Position numbers and translations under genes: made by a program. A stretch of DNA of 63,619 bases, filler included, from Xylographa opegraphella (lineage: Eukaryota): assembly GCA_022813865.1 (NCBI GenBank). It is 3 parts of 3 records of this genome, joined end to end, with 100 filler letters (N's around TTAATTAATTAA, not from the genome) between each part and the next. Parts side by side here need not be neighbours in the genome. Positions count along the whole stretch, not along the records: positions 1 to 25,624 come from JALDZX010000125.1; 2 more parts are not named here. One strand, 5' to 3'. Below, in pieces: positions 1-11,866 of the stretch (position 1 is its first letter; each line of letters starts with the position of its first letter). The notes beneath the pieces are model-generated. The model ran no database searches. It saw only the letters and a program-made list of their open reading frames with translations, and had not been told where the DNA came from.

Positions 1-198
1 GAGCATTCCGATTGCTTGTTTGCCTATCTTGCCAACGTCCAGAGCACCTTTGTCGACGGTTTGCCAAAAGCCTCTAGCCGCTAACTCGGAGCCATCAGCA
101 GCTTCGCGGGCGTAGATATACTCCTGTGCTTGTCCAGGAGCAAATTGGGACAGTGCCAGCACTGTCAGGAAGAGCGTTGTAGGGGTGAAACGGGTCAT
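1..198 (-). CDS. Small secreted prepro-peptide precursor, 5' part only (runs off the window)
   Basis: Hand translation from ATG at 198: MTRFTPTTLFLTVLALSQFAPGQAQEYIYAREAADGSELAARGFWQTVDKGALDVGKIGKQAIGML..., open to base 1. Hydrophobic signal peptide, then an acidic spacer with YAR/EA and LAAR motifs. Not in the ORF track. Confidence 0.7.
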   Translation of the reverse strand, partial: MTRFTPTTLFLTVLALSQFAPGQAQEYIYAREAADGSELAARGFWQTVDKGALDVGKIGKQAIGML

Positions 199-1240
199 GG
201 TGAACTATAGGTAGAATATGGTGCGATTGAAGTAGTAAATTGGTAAGATGCGTTCTTAGACTGTGGAATATGCTCGAGTGTGCCGGGAATGGGTTCTATA
301 GAACTGAAGACCATATGGCAACTCTGCTGTATTATAGACGGCCGGCATGAGGTTCACCAGAATTCGATAACATCGACCAACGAAACACTGTTCTCGGGCA
401 GAGGTCCTCCAGGACGGGGCTCAGATAGAGGTCCTCGACAACCGCGGGCCGCAAGGGTGTATGAGACCTGCAATGCAAACGCTGCTGTCATTTACCTGTA
501 GCGTCTGTCGTTCGACATTATTAGGCAAGCTCATCCTTCCGCTCGCGAGTAACGCCTAAAGCCAGACAGCAGCTGAGGCAGGTTCGGCGTTGCCGACCAT
601 AGAAATAAGCCGACGACGAATGGCAGTGGTGATGTTAGATTCCTTTCACAGAGACAATTTCCAACACCAAGCGGCCATAGGGAGGCTGGGAGGCTCATAG
701 ATTGGAGGCCTCTCTGCGCTTAGACAGGCGTCCAATGCTCAGGCGAACCACATGCCGAAGCTAGGGCTCCTGATCCTGCAAGTAACAACTTTTTTCAGCA
801 TCCTTCGCTGCTTCGGCTTGGCGCGTCACTCCTCTACACCACACGAATTATCCCGAGCTGTTCATGATTTTAACGATTCAGATTTGTCGTGCCACGTGCT
901 GGGCTACATCTGTGATTTTGCAAAGCTGTTGTTTAGAATTCTTTCCCCGCTTCGATTCTTAGCATCTACTCTGATGATATGCTTTTCCAGTGAGAAGCAC
1001 TCAAAGACTCTGCCGACTTCTAGATCTTCGAGACCTACTTTTGCAAGTCGAAGAGTCAGAACATTCCACGATACAGAAATAAATGAGTGACAGGATTCGA
1101 GCCATCATGATTCATGGGTGTGGTAAAGGGCCTAATGGAAGAGTAGAAAGGCTGAGCAGAATCCTAGCACGCTAGTCTACCAGGACTTGTGATTAAAAAG
1201 GATTCCGATATGCACGCCTTCGATTCTTGCTAGGTCTAGG

Positions 1241-1819
1241 TTAAGCAGTATCACCTCCCACGAGAATTGTACCTGAACCACGTGGATCATCGGTTGTCGA
1301 GCAATGCTTGTTGTGATCGAGGAACACTAGCGGTCCTCCCGGCTTTCGCACAGCTTCCCAACGACTGGGTAAAGGAGGCCCTTCGACAGGCGCTGGAGCA
1401 AAGCCATTCTGGCGGAGATCCCCGTCTCGCGGATCGTGGTAGGTTTTCAAGTTCAACTCCTCGTTTCTAAAACATTGCATCCCGTCATCATTGAATCGTT
1501 CCCATCCCTGTGGAAGAGGACCACGTATACCACCCGAGGGGCGAGGATCAACACTTGTCGAGGAATGGGTATTGTGGTCTATGAACAACAGCTGTCCTCC
1601 TGGGTGTCGCACAGCTTCCCATCGACTCGGAAGAGGAGGCCCATCTACCGGCGTCGGTTCGAAGCCACCGGGGCGGCAATCCGGCTTGCGCGGATCGTAA
1701 TAGGTCTTTAAGTTCAACTCCTTATTCTTGAAACATTGCATCCCATTATCATCGAATCGCTCCCATCCCTCAGGAAGAGGATCATGCGGATATGGACGCG
1801 GAGCTGTCTCGTTCTCCAT
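1241..1819 (-). CDS. Stand-alone tandem WW-domain protein (4 WW-like units, 2x2 internal duplication)
   Basis: 192-aa intronless ORF with four PLPxxWE...DPR units (e.g. PLPSRWEAVRHPGGQLLFIDHNTHSSTSVDPR); DNA-level duplication with a 261-nt offset. Confidence 0.8.
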   Translation of the reverse strand: MENETAPRPYPHDPLPEGWERFDDNGMQCFKNKELNLKTYYDPRKPDCRPGGFEPTPVDGPPLPSRWEAVRHPGGQLLFIDHNTHSSTSVDPRPSGGIRGPLPQGWERFNDDGMQCFRNEELNLKTYHDPRDGDLRQNGFAPAPVEGPPLPSRWEAVRKPGGPLVFLDHNKHCSTTDDPRGSGTILVGGDTA

Positions 1820-2666
1820 TGTTTGAGGACACGCGTTCTTGAGAAGGTAGGTACTTGAAAGATGGTAGATGTAAGGGCTATGAGGAGATGTTTGGTGGAT
1901 CGTCAGTGTTGCTTGAAGAAACTCGAGATGGAAAACACCTAGATATTACTGGACAGCGGACAGAGGCGGGGTAGAATGTACTGCCTTTATTCTCTGTCAC
2001 ACGCTCTCATGTACTGTACGTGAGTCACACTCATGACTGCACGAGCGAGGTATGCGTAAACAACGTGCTATCTGGCACCAAGTCTTACTGGAGGCTGAGC
2101 CGTCCAGAAGCCTAGCCCTTGAACCACCACCATTTTCACTAACTAAGAGGTTGCCTCGTTGTGTCGTGTACGAAAGGTATTTTCACAAGAGTTCCTTGAG
2201 GCTTGTGACGTAATATTCATCTTCGAGTCGCCTCCGGACCGAGCATGCGGCTAATCTTCATTCGTCTAAGATTAGCTCTTTAGACTGGGAAAGGTATGAC
2301 GGATTAGTATAAAAACGACGTAATATATTTTTTTTAGGGTTTTGGCTGGTGAAGGCTAAAATTTCATTACAATTACGGCGTAACGATTTTTTCGAACTTC
2401 TTTATCGAGTCGGCAAGCTTTGGTCTATGTCTACGATATCAATATCATATACATATATTTGAATTTAGGCTCTTCGTCGCCGGTATTCGAAATCACCGTT
2501 GGTTTTCTTTAGAAACTTGTTGATTGTGAACGATTATTGTATTGATGAAGTGGGCAGACTGCTGATTGTGGTGTGTTATATGCATTACGTTCAATAGATC
2601 ATAGTGCAACAACAGCTACATGGCTCGACGTACAAGGTAGTAGATAAATGCAATAGCCCGCCTCAA

Positions 2667-4885
2667 TCAAGAAGTAGCCGCAGCTGCGCCCTTCGGCTTT
2701 CCTGCTGTAGCCTCCTACAAAGGAGTGTAACTGTTGACATCGAAAGACGGGAGGACTTCCTGACCCAGCATGTCACTATACTGATAATGCGCTTGCCCAT
2801 GCTCAACTGTAACCTTCACGATCGCGCTATCGTCCGCCGCGTTGATAGAGGCCTGTGTCTGTAGTGGGGTGTCAACGGGTATCATTTCACAGGGGCATCT
2901 CAGTATTATGGCTTACCGGTAGCACGTCCCACCAAAGCCAATCCTTCAAAAGTTGGGCAACAGGGGCTGCTTCCATGCTGGAAAAATTTGCATAGGTAAT
3001 ATCATAGGCAAGTCTGGCTAGAGGGATTGTGATGGGGACTTGTGCCTTTGAATAAACCTTGCTTGCTTGCTGGTCCTTGCAGTTTTGGCAGATTTCGGAA
3101 TTTGAACTGAAACTGTAAATACTACCGAGCCGCATAGGACGCTCGATGAAGTTGCCCGCGTCATTTTACGACCAAAGAGGATCCTGATGTAAAACGGAGC
3201 CCCATTGAAAGCCATTCTAAATCATATTGGTCAGCGGCGCATCAACTCGGAACTGTTTTATTCGCAACTTACCGATCATAGACTACGTTGACAAGGTAGT
3301 CATTGTGCTCGCCTTTCATGTTTCCCTGTACAGGTAAAAGGGTTTCGAGTTCATCGGTCGAAGCCTTATCGTAGGTTTTATAAAGATAAAGTTGGAGGGC
3401 CACTGGATTGGTATCAACGAGCTCAGCGTAATTGTAACCGAGATCGCTGCAATGCTGAGTATTATTAGAATTGTATGTAGTATTATTGACGTCAAGATGA
3501 AAGGAGGCAACGGAGAATCTGGCGATGGATCGTCCTGGTCTGCTGATCAAAGCATTTCTTTGGATTCAAATATTGCCAAATAGCGAACAGTCGATCGATA
3601 TTACTAAATGAAGTAAGAACACCGCTTCGAACATGCTGCAATATGGCTTACCAATGATGGAGCCAGAAGATAGGATCGAACGCAGCGACAGGAACGTGTG
3701 CCATATGTCCTCTAAGGTTTTGATCATCACTATTTCCTTCTCCGGTTCAGCCCTGTGTTACATATTAGTGAAGCCATCTGAGCGGGGGTTTACATACATG
3801 AGCATTATTATGGATGTACTCTAGAGAGAGATACTCGGTGGCAGTATGCTGTTCGGTCCATTTTGTGCTTGCGAATGGCTCATATGATTTGTACAGCCCG
3901 TTTGAGAGAAGACGGTACAAGTTGTGCGCAATACTCCCAGTCGGTCTCCATTTCTTTGCTGGCGAATACCATTCGCGCTTTGCCATAGCATCTTTTACCA
4001 ACTGATTCTGTTCACTTCCCATTATCCAACCTTCCGGGTCTTTTTGATAATTGATACAGCGGCTTGTTCCAATACAACCGTTGAACTGTACATCACAAGT
4101 GATTAGCAGTGGCTATCCCGATATGGTGAATGAAATGCACCTCTGGCATGCTCGAGAAATCGATGTTGTAAGGTTTCATGCTGATATCGCCCATCGAAGT
4201 CTTGACGTTATTCACAGTATTACTGAACATATAGAGGGGGTTAGAGATTGGTGGTGGTTTAGTCCCATCGGGTAGGGTGAGCTGAATAGTCGACTGATTG
4301 AAGATCCCCGGAACACCGAATTCTCCCGTATCGGATTGAGGTAGCGCCCAATCCCAGTAGGGAAAACGCCAGGCATTTGCAGCAGCAGTCCGCTGAGCCT
4401 TCACAGATGGGTCCGAAATCGGGGCTACGATCTCGTTCATCATGATGTTGTAAAGAGCTTGCTTCGAGACATTAACCAACATCCTCGGGTTTGTGCAGAA
4501 AGGGAGACTGACTTCAAGTAGAAGGGTATATGGACGGTGCCAAATCGGAAACGTCACCATATTGTGTGTACAATACACATTGACCCCGTTGCGTCCGTTT
4601 GCAGGAGATGGGGCACCGTCCCAAGGTTAGGATGGTAGTCCATGAATTCCTTTCACAGTCAGTAATGGCTTCTTCAAGAGCCGTTATAATCTGAATATAA
4701 AACGAACCTGCAATGCGGTAGTAAGAAAGCTGGTCGGTGAAAGGCTTCGATTGCATGCTAGCAAATGCCTGCATGAAAAACGAAATCTGAATCTCATTTC
4801 CTGGTAACATGAACTCGCAGATATTCATACGAAGAGGAGTTGGTGTCCCGGCCTGGACGGGAATTCCAGTGATTGGGTAAGACAT
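2667..4885 (-). pseudogene. Fungal tyrosinase (catalytic plus C-terminal shielding domain), disrupted
   Basis: Spliced reconstruction gives [72 protein letters not shown], LGYNY and CQNC. In-frame stops: TAA 4627-4629, TGA 3747-3749, TAG 2715-2717. Frameshifts near 3540, 3500 and 3165. Confidence 0.85.
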
Positions 4886-5622
4886 GGCCAGAGTGTGCTA
4901 CAGAGTCTCAGGTAATAGAATCAAGGAGGTCAAGATGAGGAAGTATGGGTACTAGAAGAGGAAGGAAAATCACGAGTATTTAACATTGGAATCTATTTAC
5001 TCAAATTCAAACTGCTTGCGACATTGTGCGTTCAGGACTGACAACAGCCTTCCAATCAGGTATAATCCATGTAGAATGGACCCACTCACTGACTGACAAG
5101 ATACAGAATGATTAGGTTAAAGACTCAGGCAGCCACTGTCTCGCATGGCAGCCCGATCATCGAATCGACTTGCTTGAGACGCGAAGTAATCTCTGAGAGA
5201 ACATTACCGATTTCCTTAAGTATCCAATTGAGATGGGGATACCATTCGATTGTTGGGTTTAAATGCTTGGAAGATTTTTTCCAGCCAGCCATTGTATCGA
5301 TAGCGCCGATAGCGTCGATAGCATTGGCCCGATTTGTCCAAAAAACCTAGAAAGACATGGAGAATATTTCAATACAATAGGTCCGGAAGTTAAGATTTGC
5401 AAGCATATACACTCTCAGCCAGCCACTACCCGGATATTTCAAAGATGGCTCTTGTTGTGTAAGCATTGCATTCTTCTCAAAAGGAAAGAATCATTGGCGA
5501 TCTTCTTCCGAAAGCTCCTGTGACAGTCTGGATTCATCTTCTGAAGCACCGGCAGAACTGATTGCCGCAGGTACATGACTCGATTTTCGAGCTTCCATGC
5601 ACATTTCAAGATATATCACCTC

Positions 5623-5671
5623 CACACATACACGTATGCAAGCACACGCACACACACACACGCATACACAC
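5623..5671. repeat. Imperfect (CA)n microsatellite
   Basis: cacacatacacgtatgcaagcacacgcacacacacacacgcatacacac. Confidence 0.8.
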
Positions 5672-6827
5672 TGGCGAAAGAACAAGAGCCGGCTCAGAAG
5701 ACAGCCTATTGCCACCAGCAGTTTATAGATTTTGTATGAGTCACTTCGTACCTATTTCAGTCATGGTGATCGCAGGATGGAGGATAGCGCTTTCGACCGA
5801 AGTATAAGTCTTTGATCGTCCAGCGAAAGTATCGAGCAGACCACTATGGTCAACTTGATGAGGAGTCTAGCCAGAGAGAAGGTGAGGTAGTGGCCGGCTG
5901 AAAAGCGGCCGGGTTGAGGTCTGGCTCGCCGTGGTGGCATGACGAACAAAGACTTCCCATCGATATGGTTGACTAGGAAGCGACTCAATGTAGATATCTC
6001 TCTAGGTCGCGTTCACTTTTGGCCTGCGATGGAAGATCGGCTCGATATATCAAGTCATGCACATGAGGAGAGATGGACGTTAAGATATCGCTTACGGTCG
6101 GACTCTGCGTACTACGTTTTTGGATTATTGTCCTGATTTGCTGGAGAGACCGAGATGCCGCGATTGACTTATTGAGTGGCAGCAGAGTTTTAGAGCGCCA
6201 CCGGTTTGTCTGTGGGTTATGAACCCCCAGGGAAAGGCTTTGAACTAATGCTTGGGGTTGTTATTCAAGAGTTGGAGCCAAGAAATGGCAAGACAAAATC
6301 TCGAAATCTAGGCGACATTCTTGCGGCGGTGTGTGATATGGGGTTAAAGGCCCCCAGCGACCGATCTCGCGGGTGGATATCTGTGACTATCAGTCCATCA
6401 AAATCAGGAAGGGTCTGCAGAAAGCTACAAGGGTCCCTATGAAAATCGAAGATGGTGGAGTGATTATTGATAAGTCCAAACTCACCCGAATTTGACAAGG
6501 GGACTGTATAAGTGACTGAACTGAAGATGTTGGGTGTATGACCGAATAGGTTTGACACGGCCAATCTTCTTCTAAACTAGTGATCAAATCCTGCCTCCCT
6601 TTATCATTGCCTTGAAAGGCACAGTCCTCTATGGTCTATCTAGCCACATATATGTACCGTCTAAGCAACAATGATTCCCTGCCCATGCGAGTTTGTGATC
6701 GCGAACCATAACTTGTGGAGTAAAAGTGGTTATTCCGATACCACTTCCTCCCTTTTCCGACTCCGAATGAGGCCCTGATCCAAGCAAAAAGTCGTATAGT
6801 AATGAGATCCGCTACCCAGGCGTTCGA

Positions 6828-8198
6828 TCATTGCTCTTCGTCCATTAGAGCTTCGCCCTTTTCTCGAGATGAAGCGATGGTCTTGTTTCTCAGCAGCTTC
6901 GTTAGTTCCAACTGCATGCCATGGTTGACCGCATCCAGTACGTTGTCAACTGTAGCTTTGGGCTCAAATCGAGGCGTCGAGCCTTTCCGGTACACGCCGG
7001 TGCGAACGAGGATAGAGTACCACGTGTTCTCCGATAGGGGAGACTCATTGTACTCGTTGGTTCCCCGAATGTCGGACTCAGGTGTATCTCCGACAAAGTA
7101 TACTGTCTCAGGTGGAGAGTCAATGCCATGAGTATCTTTCCGCCACTGCTGCAAGAGGCGTGTCGCGAATTGGAATGTGCCGATCTGAGGTTTGCCGTAA
7201 GCGGTGGTTTTGAGCTCCTTGCCAGTCACCGCTTTGAACATGGCTTCCAAGGAAGCGCGTAGAGCACCCATTCCAATCCGTGTCAATTCGTGAGAGGTAG
7301 ACCAGACCACGTCGTTGTGGGAAAAGAAGATCGGGGGCCCTTCGTCGAAGGTTTCGGATCGGGTACCCAGTCTACCGTTCTTCGACATCAGAAGATCTAA
7401 GATGATCTGCTGATCTCCTGCCCAGTCCCGGCTATCGGCGAATACGAAGATGGCTTCGATATCAATCTCACTAAAGTTCCTGGCTTTGGAGTCCCTGATT
7501 TCGTCCTCGGTAAGCTTCCGAAACGGGGTGGTATCTTGGTTGTCTTTGATGATATCACCCGGAGTCACGACATCCTTGAAGCCATATCCTTCTGCAACAA
7601 GACGGCACTTCTCACCCTCTCCACCAACCACGAGTACAGTGTTGTAATGCTCCGCCATTTCTCGCATTGGTGTATGGCCGCAGATGAATTGCCCAGGGGA
7701 GACTTCGATCTCAAGTTGCTGACTGAGCTGCAAGCATCTTTCCTCTTCGGTCTTACCTCCTCCATTGGTCACAAATATATATGGACTGAACTATCAGCTT
7801 ACATCGGTTGAGTCGATACATATGACATACACTTTGATTCCCCATTCATTCTGACCATTCAGAACCTTCATGGCCTCCACTGCTTCGGGTATTGGCTTGC
7901 CTCCACGGATGAGCACACCGTCGATATCGAAAGCATACGCAAAGGCGTCTGTGGTTGTCGTCGGTTGGGGAGTGGCAGGTGAGATCTCTCCCGAGGCTAC
8001 CTGATCAATATGATGCTTGGCCATCTCCATGGCCTCAGCCACTTCATGGGCATTGCTCGGGGCCATCATATGTTTCGGTGGGACAACAACGGTGGGACCT
8101 GTGGCAAGGTCTTCGCGCGTTGCGGTCATGGACGAAAGACGGCGGATGCCAGGTTTGGGTCTGGCGCCAAAAGGCGATAGAGTGCTTGCTGTTGCCAT
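6828..8198 (-). CDS. HAD-superfamily subfamily IIA hydrolase, CECR5/HDHD5-like (2 exons; intron 7786-7830)
   Basis: Motifs AFDIDGVL, spliced KVPYIFVTNGGG, YGKP and VGDTPESDIRG; GTATGT...TTCAG intron. Confidence 0.9.
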
Positions 8199-9285
8199 GT
8201 TTGTGTCACGACGTCTGAGTCACTGCTGGGTTTGTATGCCAAACAACAGAAGGACAGTATTGCAGATGCCTTGGGGTATGGGCAGACGAAGAGGATGACA
8301 AAGGACGGGGCAGTGAACAGTAACGGGATGAGCAAGCAGTCAACTGGACGGAATGGACGTAGTGTACGAGTTGAAAGATGGGGAAGGTGGGAATGACAGC
8401 AGTCGAACAAATGGAAATTCTCCACTATAAAGGAAGGCTCGGTTCTCCATCCTCCCCGGTAAGGGTCTCGCATCGATCGATGTCCGCTGGTGGGTTTCGG
8501 GCCGTCCACGACACGCGAGACGACGAAGCAGGGTGTTTGCCTGAGGTAAGCAAGATGGGTGCATCGCTGGAGGACAGTTGCCAGGACCTCCGAGGCTGAA
8601 GATCCAACATGAAGGGCAGGATGATGATGGGCCAACCAACGGTGGGACATGAAGAAGCCGCGTAAATTAAGCGGCAGCCTCCCGGCATGGTGGCGCCATC
8701 CCTATGGTGGGTCGGGACATGCTACGGGCGATTGATAGGGTTTTGTTGAGTCTGTTTGCTCCTCGGCGTGAAAAATCGAGTGTGGGACGACGTCATGGAG
8801 GTTCTGATAGATCTTAAAAGCCGCTAGCTCGATAACTTATCGGATCCACCCCCGCGCACGGCACACACCACGCACTACAAAATGGCATGTGCGACACGAA
8901 TGCCACGTTCACGGCCTATCCACGTAAGCCCATAAAGGAGGACGCTCCGTGGAACACGCGTAGAATCTGGAGCACTTCATTCGTGTGCTCGATGACACCA
9001 AGCGTGTTCGAAGCTCTTCCAAATGACCCGGTCGATGACTACCTAACCGAAGGGTCCAAGGGACGAGGAACCGGCCTGGAATTGGATATCAAACATGCCC
9101 ACTGTCCCCCACCTGGTCAGGTCATGGTAGTAGGCCTTATCCCCTGTACCTGATGGCCTCCTCCGGTCCTCCGGTACACGACGGTGCGTCGACCTGCAGT
9201 CTATCATCATCACTTCCTGCACGCTGCCTTTGGATCGAGCAGCATTTGACCGAACCCTGACTCCCCCGGCCCACAAGAAGGAAAA

Positions 9286-11259
9286 TCAGGGATCCAGGCG
9301 CTTAGGTATCGATCCACCGACCTCTAGTACGCGTCTTCCTGGTGCGGGCGGCGGTCCTCCGGGTAACGGTGGACAAAATTCTCCTTGACTTACCGTCCAC
9401 CCCTCGGCTTGCATGGCCTTCCACGTCTCCTTGACCTTGAGCCGCACGAGCTCCCCTGCTGCTCGGGCGTCCTCCTTCGAATCGTGCCCTTGGGCCCCTC
9501 CCACTTGGATGTCTCGGTTCAGATGTTTCTTGACCAGCATCTTCAATCCGTGTCGGATGGGCAGTCCTCGAGGATGAGGGTAAAGCATCACGGTGTCGAT
9601 GATTGACGGATGTATGATTCGTGCGCTATTCAGATCGTTCTCCAAGGCATGGCCGATGAGGAGTGTGGTAGTGGTGAGGTGTGCGAAGAGCAGCTCTCGC
9701 GCTTCGCTGGGCGAATTGACCATGGACAGTCTCCGCTCCTGCTCTCTAGTTCCGTTGCTAAGCTCAGGAGGATTACCTTCCGCGTATTGCACAGCCTCAG
9801 TGAAGTGCCTGGGCCATACGCCAGAAAATCGGGAATTGAGGTCGAGGACTTCTCCTAACGGTCGCACGAGAACGTCCACGAGCTCCTTTCCGTCCGGCCA
9901 CGCTGTAGCTGTGAGACGGATCAACTCCATACCGAGTGTGGTATAACCCATCTCACAGTCAAAACACACCGCACTCTCCGGCGTGATGGGGCCCGTCTTG
10001 GTCGTTCTCACGAAGGGCATAATCAGTGCGAGTCTTTTGTTCTCCGCGACCTTGAAGACATGCGACTCGGCGGTGACGCAGCCTGCAGTTCCGAGTTGTT
10101 GACCACAGCACAAGTATACAGTGTCTTTGTGGCCAGTGTCTGATTTCTCCTTGGCGGGACGTCTAGGTTTCCCGAAATGGTAAGTACATGGACCGCCTGA
10201 TGTTAGAGCACCATCGTCTGCTCTTCTGCCAGGAAACACCTGAAATCTGGATTTACAACGATCGCACTGTTCCCAGCCTTGTGAAGTGTCGACCCCCTTT
10301 CGTGCTTGCTCAATTTCTGCGTCAGTTGGTGGACTTGTGACATAGCCATGTTGGCTGAGACCGTCCTGGGCGGTAATTAGCTTCGGTAAGAGGAGTAATT
10401 CCTCGATCGATGAAAGGCCGGTTTCCAGGGCTGGGAAGGGCTTCATGACTTCTGGTGCTGTTATTTGGGAAAAGTCTTGAGCTATTTGTTTCAGTCTCTC
10501 TTTCTTCCACTCTTCTAGCTTCATCCGTCTCAGCGCAACTATGCGAAGCTTGAGAACATTCGTGTACACTTGTGCATCATCTCTGGCAGTCTTAAACTCC
10601 TCATCAAGAGCTGCAGTTATCAGTTCCGCTTCGGAAAGTTGGAGCGCCTTTTTTGCGGAATCTGTGCTCATTTGCACCTCCTTGTTGAGCCTTAGCATCT
10701 GCTCGTGTAGTAGTTTCAGAAGCTGCAACCGTACTACATGCGAGGCGGGCGGCTTCTTGAGCATTCTTGGGTTCAGCGACTCTCGTGGCCGATGCTCGCG
10801 CGCAGTGCGGCCATTGACGAAATGCGCTTCATGGTGAGGAATTGTGGACAACCCGGTTAGAGCCCGTCCTGTCTCTGCTGTGCGGGAATCCTTCCGCAAA
10901 GGTGGTGGACTTATGGCTCTTGTAGTCGACTTAGGAATACATCCTTTTACAACACTGTCCGGCTTTGGCCCCGGCGTCGACCCTGTTGAGCTGTAGATAG
11001 TACTTGTATCAAGACCTACAACCTTCCCTGAGTCAAACACTTGGCCATTGTCGGTATCTATACGCCGCCGTTTCATCGGTCGGCTTTCAAGACTTTCGGA
11101 CTCTCCATTCAGCATTGAGGCTGTTGTGGCAGGAACATTTGATTCTTCGCTCACATTGTCCCTCGAAGTGATGCTGTGGGAGAAGAGGCAGCTGGGCAGC
11201 TGACACTGCGCCGCTTCGGGACACCCAATCTTGCTAAAAAGACCAGTAGTTGAGAACAT
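9286..11259 (-). CDS. REX3: RNA exonuclease 3 (DEDDh 3'-5' exonuclease)
   Basis: N-terminal CP...CQLPSCLFSH motif, Cys/His region (CDRC...CTYHFG...CCG), catalytic motifs FDCEM, GHALENDL and HDSKEDA. Confidence 0.88.
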   Translation of the reverse strand: MFSTTGLFSKIGCPEAAQCQLPSCLFSHSITSRDNVSEESNVPATTASMLNGESESLESRPMKRRRIDTDNGQVFDSGKVVGLDTSTIYSSTGSTPGPKPDSVVKGCIPKSTTRAISPPPLRKDSRTAETGRALTGLSTIPHHEAHFVNGRTAREHRPRESLNPRMLKKPPASHVVRLQLLKLLHEQMLRLNKEVQMSTDSAKKALQLSEAELITAALDEEFKTARDDAQVYTNVLKLRIVALRRMKLEEWKKERLKQIAQDFSQITAPEVMKPFPALETGLSSIEELLLLPKLITAQDGLSQHGYVTSPPTDAEIEQARKGVDTSQGWEQCDRCKSRFQVFPGRRADDGALTSGGPCTYHFGKPRRPAKEKSDTGHKDTVYLCCGQQLGTAGCVTAESHVFKVAENKRLALIMPFVRTTKTGPITPESAVCFDCEMGYTTLGMELIRLTATAWPDGKELVDVLVRPLGEVLDLNSRFSGVWPRHFTEAVQYAEGNPPELSNGTREQERRLSMVNSPSEARELLFAHLTTTTLLIGHALENDLNSARIIHPSIIDTVMLYPHPRGLPIRHGLKMLVKKHLNRDIQVGGAQGHDSKEDARAAGELVRLKVKETWKAMQAEGWTVSQGEFCPPLPGGPPPAPGRRVLEVGGSIPKRLDP

Positions 11260-11866
11260 AGTGACAGACAGCAGATTTGGTTTTGGTCATTCAAGGCATC
11301 TCCCAGCAGATACTGACCATGTGACAGATTGACAGATGACCGGTTCAATTGTGATGAATGCAACAGTAGCGAGTAAAATTCTCGTAAATTCGAACGTGCT
11401 AAGCAGTGGTTGGCGAATCTTCAAATTCCGTGAAAGCACCAATGAAGCACACTTGAATTCCTCAACTCTGACGAGAACGCTTGACTCATGGTAGAGTCGC
11501 AATCAGATGCATGCGTGACATGACCCTTGGACAGCAATGTTTCAGGTGAAGTCATTCGGCTATAGTGAGCATGTTGTCAGTCTTTCTTCAATTCATATAT
11601 TATTGTGATACGTGCCTATCTCTAAGAACCTTAACGGACCGAGAGGCCCAACGGGGTAAACGCTCCAGAGTTCCGGCCTTCGGGAAGCGGAAGTTTTGGG
11701 ACAATAGGGCTGCATAGACCGGGTTGCTGTTAAGTCCGACCTCAGGATCCCCTACGTCATCACTGGCCAGGCACCAGCCAAAGGTTTTGCGAGGGCGAGA
11801 TCAAATATACCTAAAGTAAACACAGATGCGCTCAAGTCTGTCTAAATACAACACTCAGTCCAGAAA

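Noticed and set aside
2715..4629. Tyrosinase stop codons as A-to-I editing-corrected sites (TAG/TGA read as Trp)
   Set aside because: The gene also has several frameshifts that editing could not repair.
5100..6600. Cluster of short ORFs between the tyrosinase and the HAD gene
   Set aside because: No recognisable motif or consistent exon chain; one ORF is only a translated CA microsatellite.
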